From Acidimicrobiia bacterium (GTDB lineage Bacteria > Actinomycetota > Acidimicrobiia > IMCC26256 > JAENVU01), in assembly GCA_025357995.1 (NCBI GenBank), contig JANYLF010000192.1, positions 1 to 34,642 on the forward strand: a DNA stretch of 34,642 bases. Reading direction: 5' to 3'. The notes beneath the pieces were generated by a model. It was not told the origin of the DNA. It made no database searches and was given only the letters and a program-made list of their open reading frames with translations. Positions 19,294 through 26,689 of the stretch are shown piece after piece (position 1 is the stretch's first letter; each line of letters opens with the position of its first letter). A program made the translations under genes and the position numbers.

Positions 19294-19386
19294 CGCCATG
19301 AGCGGAGTGCGTAAGCGACGCCACACGACAATCGCGGTCCCTCGGCCGCGGCGGAGCGGGGCCGGAGCGGCCCGGCCCGCAGGGCC

Positions 19387-20229
19387 ATGAGCGGAGTACT
19401 CATCTTGGTCGGGACGCCGATTGGCAACCTTGGTGACCTGAGCGATCGCGTTCTCGAAACTTTGCGCGATGCTGACGTGCTCGCGTGTGAAGACACCCGC
19501 CGCACGCGCGCGTTGCTGAGTCACGCGGGGATCGCGGCCAGCGGCCGACTCCGTGCCGTGCCTGCGCACGACGAGTCCCACAGCGTGAGCTGGGTCGTCG
19601 ACGCCGTCACCGCCGGACAGCGCGTCGCAGTCGTGACGGACGCGGGCATGCCGGGGATCAGTGATCCCGGAGCGCGCCTGGTGCGGGCGTGCCTCGACGC
19701 CGGGCTCGCGGTCGAGGCCGTCCCCGGCCCGTCGGCCGTTACCACCGCGTTGGTGCTCTCCGGCCTTCCTACTGATCGGTTCGTCTTCGAAGGCTTCTTG
19801 CCGCGGAAGGGCTCGACCCGGACCGAGCGGCTTCAGGCATTGCGCACCGAAGCGCGTACGACGGTGATCTTCGAGTCGCCGCGCCGCGTCGCCGCCACGC
19901 TGGCCGAGCTCGGGACACATCTTGGCGACGATCGGCCCGCGGCCTTGGCTCGCGAACTCACGAAGCTGCACGAAGAGGTACGGCGCGGAACGCTGGCCGA
20001 GCTGGCGGCGGGGGTGGAGGTCGAAGCACCGCGCGGTGAGTGTGTGATCGTGATCGGCGGCGCGGGCGAAGCTCCGACCGTCGCGTCCGATGCGGATATC
20101 GATGCGGCGCTGGCCGCGGAGCTGGCCTCTGGCTCGTCGACACGCGATGCCGCGGCGATCGTGAGCGCTCGACTCGGCGTGGCGCGCCGGGAGGTCTACG
20201 CCCGCGCGGTGCGGCTCAACTCGCGGTGA
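19387..20229 (+). CDS. rsmI: 16S rRNA (cytidine1402-2'-O)-methyltransferase
   Basis: It has LVGTPIGNLGDLS, ACEDTRRT, DAGMPGISDPG and FEGFLPRK, the tetrapyrrole-methylase-fold RsmI signature. Confidence 0.92.
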   Translation: MSGVLILVGTPIGNLGDLSDRVLETLRDADVLACEDTRRTRALLSHAGIAASGRLRAVPAHDESHSVSWVVDAVTAGQRVAVVTDAGMPGISDPGARLVRACLDAGLAVEAVPGPSAVTTALVLSGLPTDRFVFEGFLPRKGSTRTERLQALRTEARTTVIFESPRRVAATLAELGTHLGDDRPAALARELTKLHEEVRRGTLAELAAGVEVEAPRGECVIVIGGAGEAPTVASDADIDAALAAELASGSSTRDAAAIVSARLGVARREVYARAVRLNSR

Positions 20230-20455
20230 GCCGTTCCACACACGCGGCACAGACGACCTTGCGGCTGAAGTCGCGGAGCTGATCGACCGAACCGCAGAAC
20301 ACGCAGCGCTGCTCCACTTTCTCGAGCACGATGCGGTCCTGTTCGGCGGACATCATCACGAGATCACCCACATCGATACGCAATGCCTTGCGCATCTCGA
20401 CGGGGATCACGACGCGCCCGAGCTGGTCGACCTTGCGGGCCACGCCGTTCGCCAT
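20216..20455 (-). CDS. AbrB/MazE/SpoVT-type DNA-binding protein with C-terminal 4-Cys motif
   Basis: It reads MANGVARKVDQLGRVVIPVEMRKALRIDVGDLV (SpoVT/AbrB swapped-hairpin motif), followed by CVFCGS...VVCAACV (CxxC...CxxC). Its 3' end overlaps the rsmI 3' end by 14 nt (convergent). Confidence 0.75.
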   Translation of the reverse strand: MANGVARKVDQLGRVVIPVEMRKALRIDVGDLVMMSAEQDRIVLEKVEQRCVFCGSVDQLRDFSRKVVCAACVERLTAS

Positions 20456-20515
20456 GTGTGTGACCCCCGCGAATGAAGACTCGGAACCGCCCGGACCGTC
20501 GGTACTGTAGAGCGC

Positions 20516-22039
20516 GTGTCCGGATCCTTCTATGTGACGACGCCGATCTACTACGTGAACGACGCGCCGCACATCGGGCACGCCTACACCACGGTCCATG
20601 CCGACGTGCTCGCGCGCTGGCGGCGCCTACACGGCGACGACGTCCTCTTCCTCACCGGCACCGACGAGCACGGCCTCAAGATCCAACGCGCGGCCGAGGA
20701 GCGCGGGCTCACTCCGTTGGAGTGGGCCGACACCACGAGCGCCCGCTTTCGCGAGGCGTGGGCGCTGATCGACATCAGCAACGACGACTTTATTCGCACC
20801 ACCGAGCCGCGCCATCGCGTGGCGGTGCAGGCGTTCCTCCAGCAGGTCTACGACAACGGTTTCATCGAGCTCGCGACGTACGAGGGTCTGTACTGCGTCG
20901 CGTGCGAGGCTTATTACGTCGACGATGATCTGGTCGACGGGCTGTGTCCGATCCATCAGCGGCCGGTCGAGAGCGTCTCGGAAGAGAACTACTTCTTCCA
21001 ACTCTCGAAGTTCGAGCAACCACTCATCGAGCACTACGAAGCCAATCCCGAGGCGGTGCAGCCGGAGAGCAAGCGCAACGAGGTGCTCGGGTTCCTGCGC
21101 CAGGGTCTGCGCGATTTCTCGATGAGTCGAACGTCGATCTCGTGGGGTATCCCGCTGCCGTGGGACCCCGCGCACGTCACCTACGTTTGGTACGACGCGC
21201 TCATCAACTACGCGACCGCAGTCGGCTTCGGCGCCGATCCGGACCAGTTCGAGTACCGCTGGCCGGTGCAATATCACGTGCTGGCCAAAGACATCCTGCG
21301 GTTCCACGCGGTGTACTGGCCCGCGATGTTGATGGCCGCCGGACTCCCGTTGCCTGAGCACGTCTTCGCTCACGGCTACCTGCTCGTGGGTGGCGAAAAG
21401 ATGAGCAAGACCAGCCTGAACAACATCGCGCCGGCCGATCTCGTTCCCGAATTCGGGAGCGACGGGTTCCGCTACCACTTCGTGACCGACCTGCATTTCG
21501 GACAGGACGGCGACTTCAGCTACGAAGGCATGGTGGCGCGGTATAACGCGGATCTCGCGAACAACTTCGGCAATCTCGCGAGCCGCGTGTTGAACATGGC
21601 GGTCACGTATTGCGGAGGGGTGGTGCCCGACGCTCGCGCCGAGGGACCGTTGGTGGCGCACGCCGCGATCGCGCTCGACGCGTACGAGTCCGCGCTCGGT
21701 GAGTTGAAGTTCGACGACGGGTTCGGCGCGGTGTGGCAACTCATCCGCGATGCCAACGGGTACATCGAAGACTCACAACCGTGGAAGACACACAAGGCGG
21801 GTGACGCCGCGGTGACGGCGGCGGTACTCGGCGATTGTCTGGAAGCGCTGCGAATCGTCGCGCTGCTCGCGTCACCACTCATTCCCCGCGCTGCTTCCGC
21901 GCTCTGGACGCGACTCGGACTCACCGGCGCGCCGGAAGACGCGCGACTTCCCGACGCCGCGGTGTGGGGTGCGGTCGCGACGACGGGCAATGCAGTGGAA
22001 AAGGGTGAGTCCCTGTTCCCCCGCATCGACGTCCCGTGA
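20516..22039 (+). CDS. metG: methionine--tRNA ligase (short form, no C-terminal tRNA-binding domain)
   Basis: It has PIYYVNDAPHIGHAYT (HIGH) and KMSKT (KMSKS), with a GTG start. Confidence 0.95.
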   Translation: MSGSFYVTTPIYYVNDAPHIGHAYTTVHADVLARWRRLHGDDVLFLTGTDEHGLKIQRAAEERGLTPLEWADTTSARFREAWALIDISNDDFIRTTEPRHRVAVQAFLQQVYDNGFIELATYEGLYCVACEAYYVDDDLVDGLCPIHQRPVESVSEENYFFQLSKFEQPLIEHYEANPEAVQPESKRNEVLGFLRQGLRDFSMSRTSISWGIPLPWDPAHVTYVWYDALINYATAVGFGADPDQFEYRWPVQYHVLAKDILRFHAVYWPAMLMAAGLPLPEHVFAHGYLLVGGEKMSKTSLNNIAPADLVPEFGSDGFRYHFVTDLHFGQDGDFSYEGMVARYNADLANNFGNLASRVLNMAVTYCGGVVPDARAEGPLVAHAAIALDAYESALGELKFDDGFGAVWQLIRDANGYIEDSQPWKTHKAGDAAVTAAVLGDCLEALRIVALLASPLIPRAASALWTRLGLTGAPEDARLPDAAVWGAVATTGNAVEKGESLFPRIDVP

Positions 22040-22830
22040 CCGACGATCGCGACGCGAGCGAGGCCTCGACGCCCACGTGGGTGGATAGCCATTGCCATCT
22101 GCCGGTGGACGTGGCCGACGCGGATGTGATCGTCGACCGAGCCCGTGGCGCGGGGGTGGAGTGGATGGTCTGTGTCGGGACGGATCTCCCGACGTCCCTG
22201 GCCGCAGTCGCGTTGGCCCACCATCGTGACGATGTGTTCGCCACGGTGGGCCTCCATCCCCACGACGCGGTGCATCTGGCCGACCAGTGGCCGGACCTGA
22301 GGGCGCTCGCGACCGACTCCCGAGTGGTGGCGATCGGTGAAGCCGGGCTCGATCACCACTACGAGCACTCGCCCGCGCTCGACCAGGCCGAGGCCTTTCG
22401 TGCCCACATAGGACTCGCGCACGAGCTCGACCGCGCGCTCGTGATCCACACCCGTGAGGCATGGGAAGAGACCTTCACGATTCTCGATGCCGAGGGGGTC
22501 CCTCGGCGCACGATCTTCCATTGCTTCACCGGCGGGCCCGACGAAGCGGGGGAGTGTGTGGCGCGCGGCGCGTACCTCTCGTTCAGCGGAATCGTGACCT
22601 TCAAGAACGCCGCCGATGTCCGTGCCGCCGCGGTCGCGGCACCTCCCGATCGGGTCCTCGTGGAAACCGACAGCCCGTTCCTCGCGCCCGTGCCCTACCG
22701 GGGTCAGACCAATGAGCCGGCCTGGGTCGTCGAGGTCGGATTTGCGGTCGCGGCGGTACGTGACCAACCCGTCGAGCACGTGGCTCGGATCACTACCGAA
22801 GCCGCTGACCTGCTCTTTCGCGCGAAATAG
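22036..22830 (+). CDS. tatD: TatD-family metal-dependent hydrolase
   Basis: It has WVDSHCHL, AIGEAGLDHHY, LVIHTREA, FHCFTG and ETDSPFLAP. Its GTG overlaps the metG stop (GTGA). Confidence 0.9.
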   Translation: MTDDRDASEASTPTWVDSHCHLPVDVADADVIVDRARGAGVEWMVCVGTDLPTSLAAVALAHHRDDVFATVGLHPHDAVHLADQWPDLRALATDSRVVAIGEAGLDHHYEHSPALDQAEAFRAHIGLAHELDRALVIHTREAWEETFTILDAEGVPRRTIFHCFTGGPDEAGECVARGAYLSFSGIVTFKNAADVRAAAVAAPPDRVLVETDSPFLAPVPYRGQTNEPAWVVEVGFAVAAVRDQPVEHVARITTEAADLLFRAK

Positions 22831-22840
22831 CCGGCTAGCG

Positions 22841-22995
22841 CCGCGCGTCTGAGCTGACAGATTCTGGAATCTGGATTGACCGCACGGGGGGTGCTCGTTA
22901 GCTTCGCCGGGTCCTGAACGGCCGCCGCGGAGTGCGGCCGACCCGACCGGGAGGCGGACCCGATCAGCGAGCAGATCACTCGTCGCAGCGCGCGG
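22841..22995 (+). ncRNA. candidate ydaO/yuaA-class (c-di-AMP) riboswitch leader
   Basis: The 210-nt intergenic leader is closed by a long-range helix, CCGCGCG(U)CUG at 22841..22851 pairing with CAGCGCGCGG at 22986..22995. The internal hairpin is CAGAUUCUGGAAUCUG. ACGGGGGG, GGAGUG and ACCCGA are present. CCCGAUCAGCGAGCAGAUCACUCGUCGCAGCG resembles the consensus ...CCGUCAGCUAACCUCGUAAGCG. The downstream gene is a cell-wall hydrolase, a typical context for this class in Actinobacteria. The comparison was made by eye only. Confidence 0.45.
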
Positions 22996-23040
22996 ACGAA
23001 CGGTGTCGACGCGCGGGCGCGCCGCTACGCGTTACGCGTC

Positions 23041-24579
23041 GTGCGGCCGTCGCCGGCGCGCCTCGAAGCTCCCGAACCCGACGTCTGGCTTCCGATTTTC
23101 GACCTCACGGAGGAACTCGAGACCCTCGACATCACCGGTGAGTTGGAGTTGCTCGCGCTGGAAGAGGGCCGGGTCGATCTCGAGCGCGAGCTCGCGGAAC
23201 TCGAAGCCGATTTCTGGCGGACGGCCGAGGCCGAGTACCCGTTCCTGACTGGAGAGACGCCCGCCGTCTTGGTGACGCCGGTCGTGGCCGGCGCGGCCGT
23301 GGCGGCGTCCGACCTTGCGGCCGTGACCACCGAACCGATCATCGCGGCCGAGCCGAACCTGAAACCTGCGCCCGAGCCGCTCCCGATTCCCGAGGAGTAC
23401 GCGGCGCTCCGACCCAATCGCCCGGCGATTGCCCAACGCCGCCGTGCGCTCCGGCTCCGTCGCCGCCTCATCGTGACTGCGCTGGTCGTGGCCGTGACCG
23501 CGGCGTGTGTCGGCGTGACGGCCCAGGTCATCGGAGGCTCGCATCCCCGTCGCGATGTCACGGTGTCGGTCGACGGGCAAGCCAACACGATCGTGACCCG
23601 CGCCGGGACCGTCGGCGATCTCCTCGCGGCGCGCGGAGTGGTGATTCACGACGGCGACCGGGTGGTGCCATCGCTTTCCACCCAACTTCGTCAAGGCATG
23701 CCGATCCACATCGTGCGCGCCTTCCCGATCGTGCTCGACGTCGATGGCGTGGTGACGCATCACCTCACGACCAACCACGATCTTCGTCGGCTGCGTCGCG
23801 AGTTCCGATTGTCGAAAGCGCTCGTGGCGGTGGGTGCGGTCGGTCGATTGACGCATGGCTCGCACATCATGATGCGCACGCCGCACAACGTGACGGTCGT
23901 CGCCGACGGTGTCACGACTTCGGTCGCCGGTGTGACCGCGTTGACCGTTGGGGAGCTGATGGTAAGTCGCCATCTCACCCTGGGCGCGACCGACGAGTTG
24001 ACGCCCGTCGCGGGTACCCGCCTCACGAGCGGGATGACGGTGCGCATCTTCCGCGTCGCTCCCGACGAAGTGATCGAGAACCAGATCGTTCCATTCCCCA
24101 TTCAATATCGCGATGACCCGACGCTGGCCCGCGGCCACCTCTCCACGATCCAGGCGGGGAAGAACGGGACCGCGCGCGTCGTCTCGAGGGTCGTGCGCCG
24201 AGACGGCACGATCAGCCAGTGGACCGTCGTGAGCAGCACCGTGGTGGTTCCGCCGGTCACCGAGATCCTCGCCCGCGGCACCAAGGTGTCGGGGAGCAAC
24301 CAGGCGCCGCCGTCACCTACGGCCGGGGGACAGCCCATCGGCGAGGGGTACGCCACCTGGTATCAGAGCCACGCCGGCCCCGGCACCTGCGCACACCGGA
24401 CGCTCCCGTTCGGGACGATCGTGACGCTGGTCGCCGACAATGGACGTACTGCCCAGTGTCGGGTCGCCGATCGTGGCCCCGAGGCGTGGACCGGGAACGT
24501 CATCGACCTGAACCCCGATGTCTTCGCGCAGTTGGCCCCACTTGGAACGGGTCGCATCCACGTGACGATGTCCAAGTGA
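23041..24579 (+). CDS. YabE/RpfB-family cell-wall protein: acidic N-term, TM, DUF348 repeats, G5 domain, C-terminal 3D / RlpA-like DPBB domain
   Basis: The TM segment is LIVTALVVAVTAACVGV. Repeated DUF348-like units are VTVSVDGQANTIVTRAGTVGDLL, IVLDVDGVVTHH and VTVVADGVTTSVAGVTALTVGELM. The G5 domain is PFPIQYRDDPTLARGHLSTIQAGKNGTARV. The C-terminus reads GYATWYQ...CRVADRGPEAWTGNVIDLNPDVF. The start (GTG 23041) is uncertain. Confidence 0.85.
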   Translation: MRPSPARLEAPEPDVWLPIFDLTEELETLDITGELELLALEEGRVDLERELAELEADFWRTAEAEYPFLTGETPAVLVTPVVAGAAVAASDLAAVTTEPIIAAEPNLKPAPEPLPIPEEYAALRPNRPAIAQRRRALRLRRRLIVTALVVAVTAACVGVTAQVIGGSHPRRDVTVSVDGQANTIVTRAGTVGDLLAARGVVIHDGDRVVPSLSTQLRQGMPIHIVRAFPIVLDVDGVVTHHLTTNHDLRRLRREFRLSKALVAVGAVGRLTHGSHIMMRTPHNVTVVADGVTTSVAGVTALTVGELMVSRHLTLGATDELTPVAGTRLTSGMTVRIFRVAPDEVIENQIVPFPIQYRDDPTLARGHLSTIQAGKNGTARVVSRVVRRDGTISQWTVVSSTVVVPPVTEILARGTKVSGSNQAPPSPTAGGQPIGEGYATWYQSHAGPGTCAHRTLPFGTIVTLVADNGRTAQCRVADRGPEAWTGNVIDLNPDVFAQLAPLGTGRIHVTMSK

Positions 24580-24615
24580 GGATGTACCGCGCGAGCTGAC
24601 AAGCTGCACGCGCTC

Positions 24616-25461
24616 ATGGCGCTCACCCCTTCCACCATCCCCGCGTTACTCGCGCGCCACGGCCTGCGCCCGAGTCGCGCACTGGGCCAGAACTTCCTCG
24701 CCGACGCCAACACCGCGCGTCGAATCGCTCGGCTTGCGGGGATCCACGACGGTGATCGCGTGTTGGAGATCGGCCCCGGCATCGGCTCGTTGACGGTTGC
24801 ACTGCTCGAAGCCGGTGCGCGCGTCACCGCGTTGGAACTCGACCGGCACGTGATTCCCGCGCTGGAGGAGACGGTCGGAGCCGACGCGATCCGAATCCTG
24901 GTGGGCGATGCGCTGCGCATCGACCTCGACGAGCTGCTCGGCACCGACACCATCGACCATGACGCGCGCCCGTGGTCGATGGTTTCGAACCTTCCGTACA
25001 ACGTGGCGACACCGATCGTGATGCGTTTGCTCGAAACGGCACCGACGGTGACGTCGATGCTGGTGATGGTGCAGCGTGAGGTGGGCGAACGCATCGCGTC
25101 GGGCCCGGGCACAAAGGCGTACGGCGCGGTGTCGGTGAAGGTCGCGTACTACGCGCGTGCCGAGGTCGTCGGCCTCGTACCGCCGACGGTCTTCATCCCC
25201 GCACCCAAGGTGGATTCCGCGTTGGTGCGGATCGTGCGCCATGCCCAGCCACCGGTTTCCGTGCCGTCGCCCGACCGCTTGTTCGCGCTCGTGCGCGCCG
25301 GTTTCGCGCAACGGCGCAAGATGTTGCGGGGCGCGTTGCGCGCGGAGCTCGGCACCAACGTGGAGTCGGTGTTGGCATCGGCAGGGATCGACGGTCGCGC
25401 CCGCGCCGAAACATTGACCCTCGATCAGTGGGCCGCGTTGGCCTGCGTGGTGGGCGCGTGA
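24616..25461 (+). CDS. rsmA: 16S rRNA (adenine1518/1519-N6)-dimethyltransferase
   Basis: It has LGQNFL, VLEIGPGIGSLT, SNLPYNV and FAQRRK motifs. Confidence 0.95.
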   Translation: MALTPSTIPALLARHGLRPSRALGQNFLADANTARRIARLAGIHDGDRVLEIGPGIGSLTVALLEAGARVTALELDRHVIPALEETVGADAIRILVGDALRIDLDELLGTDTIDHDARPWSMVSNLPYNVATPIVMRLLETAPTVTSMLVMVQREVGERIASGPGTKAYGAVSVKVAYYARAEVVGLVPPTVFIPAPKVDSALVRIVRHAQPPVSVPSPDRLFALVRAGFAQRRKMLRGALRAELGTNVESVLASAGIDGRARAETLTLDQWAALACVVGA

Positions 25462-26315
25462 GTTCCGCGCGCACTCGCGCGTTGGCGCCCGCGAAGCTCA
25501 CGCTGAGTCTGCGCGTGATGGGAACACGGCCCGATGGGTTCCACGACCTGGAGGCGCTGACGGTGATGATCTCGTCGCCGTGCGACACGGTGCGTCTGGA
25601 TGCTGCTCCGGCCGGTGTGGTCGAACTCACCGTGGTCGGAGGGGGGCTCGACGTTCCTGACGACGACACGAATCTGGTGGTGCGAGCCGCGCGCGCGGTA
25701 CTGCCCGAGCATGTCGGTGCCGCGATCGAACTGACAAAAGTGGTGCCGACCGGTGCGGGGCTCGGTGGTGGCTCGGCCGATGCGGCCGCGGTGCTCCGCA
25801 TGCTGCGCGCGCGCTACGGCCTCGACGCCGGCGTTGTCGGGGCCGCGGCCATCGAGCTGGGGTCCGACGTTCCCGTGTGCCTCATGGGCGAGCCGGTCAT
25901 GATGCGCGGCCGCGGCGAGATTCTGGAACCCGTCGAGTTAGCGGGCGATCTCCACGTGGTCGTGGCGTCTCCCGGGTTCGGACTGTCGACGCCGGCAGTG
26001 TTCCGGGCCTGGGATGAGATGGGCGGTCCGCGCGGCAGTCGGACGGTTGCGCCGCCCCGAGCCGTCGCTCACCTCGCGCGCGAGCTGGGCAACGACCTCG
26101 AGGATGCGGCGGAGCGGGTCGATCCCCAGGTCCGAGCGTTCCGCGAGGCCATCGAGTCTGTTGCGGGGTTGCCTGCCTGCCTGGCCGGGAGTGGCTCAGC
26201 CTTTTGGTTTTCCGTCGAGGATGCGATCGCGGCCGCCGACGTTGCGGCGCGACTCAGTGCGGAGCTCGAGATCGAGACGTTTGCCGGGTACGCGCTCCGG
26301 AAACCGGTGGCGTGA
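25458..26315 (+). CDS. ispE: 4-(cytidine 5'-diphospho)-2-C-methyl-D-erythritol kinase
   Basis: It has APAKLTLSLRV, the GHMP kinase motif PTGAGLGGGSADAAA, and GSDVP. I prefer the GTG at 25458, which overlaps the rsmA stop (GTGA); the ORF-track start is 25428. Confidence 0.9.
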   Translation: MSSARTRALAPAKLTLSLRVMGTRPDGFHDLEALTVMISSPCDTVRLDAAPAGVVELTVVGGGLDVPDDDTNLVVRAARAVLPEHVGAAIELTKVVPTGAGLGGGSADAAAVLRMLRARYGLDAGVVGAAAIELGSDVPVCLMGEPVMMRGRGEILEPVELAGDLHVVVASPGFGLSTPAVFRAWDEMGGPRGSRTVAPPRAVAHLARELGNDLEDAAERVDPQVRAFREAIESVAGLPACLAGSGSAFWFSVEDAIAAADVAARLSAELEIETFAGYALRKPVA

Positions 26316-26332
26316 TCCTCGCCTGATCGATG

Positions 26333-26352
26333 TCCGCGGCCGGGGCCGCGGA
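26333..26352. terminator. GC hairpin between convergent ispE and the bS22-like gene (possible bidirectional terminator)
   Basis: UCCGCGGCC-GG-GGCCGCGGA has perfect 9-nt arms. There is no clear U-tract on either side, so intrinsic-terminator function is uncertain. Confidence 0.35.
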
Positions 26353-26366
26353 GGCACACGGGTCGG

Positions 26367-26468
26367 TTAGCGACCCTGCTGCCGACGCTGCCAGCGCGTC
26401 TTCTTCAACAGCTTCTTGTGCTTCTTCTTGCGCATGCGCTTGCGGCGCTTCTTGATCAGGGATCCCAT
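26367..26468 (-). CDS. 30S ribosomal protein bS22-like micro-protein (33 aa)
   Basis: ATG at 26466..26468 and TAA at 26367..26369. The product [33 protein letters not shown] closely matches my recollection of mycobacterial bS22 ([25 protein letters not shown]...). It is hidden in the tail of a spurious 155-aa ORF. Confidence 0.8.
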   Translation of the reverse strand: [33 protein letters not shown]

Positions 26469-26569
26469 GGCGGCCGGGAGACTAGTGGGCCCCACCCGCG
26501 GCGGCACATTGGCCGCGCCCATTGCGAACGGAGTGACGCGACCCGCGGGGTAAGGTCGGGAGCGGTCCT

Positions 26570-26640
26570 TCGGGGGTGGTGTAACGGCAGCACGGGGTCC
26601 TTTGGAGTCCCAAGTCGAGGTTCGAAACCTCGCCCCCGAG
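26570..26640 (+). tRNA. tRNA-Gln (anticodon UUG)
   Basis: Hand-folded cloverleaf. Acceptor UCGGGGG pairs with CCCCCGA (U1-A72). D arm is GUGU-AACGGCA-GCAC. Anticodon arm is GGGUC-CUUUGGA-GUCCC, with one U-U mismatch. The variable loop is 4 nt. T arm is CGAGG-UUCGAAA-CCUCG. The discriminator is G73. No CCA is encoded. Confidence 0.85.
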
Positions 26641-26689
26641 CTGATGAAATCGCCAAGATGGGAAGAGACGTGAGCGAGGCGTACGACCG

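Noticed and set aside
20216-20455. AbrB/MazE-like gene as the antitoxin of a toxin-antitoxin pair
   Set aside because: There is no adjacent co-directional small ORF with toxin-like features. Its neighbours are rsmI (convergent) and metG (divergent).
20627-22779. 370-aa and 419-aa minus-strand ORFs
   Set aside because: They are antisense to metG and tatD, and so are artefacts.
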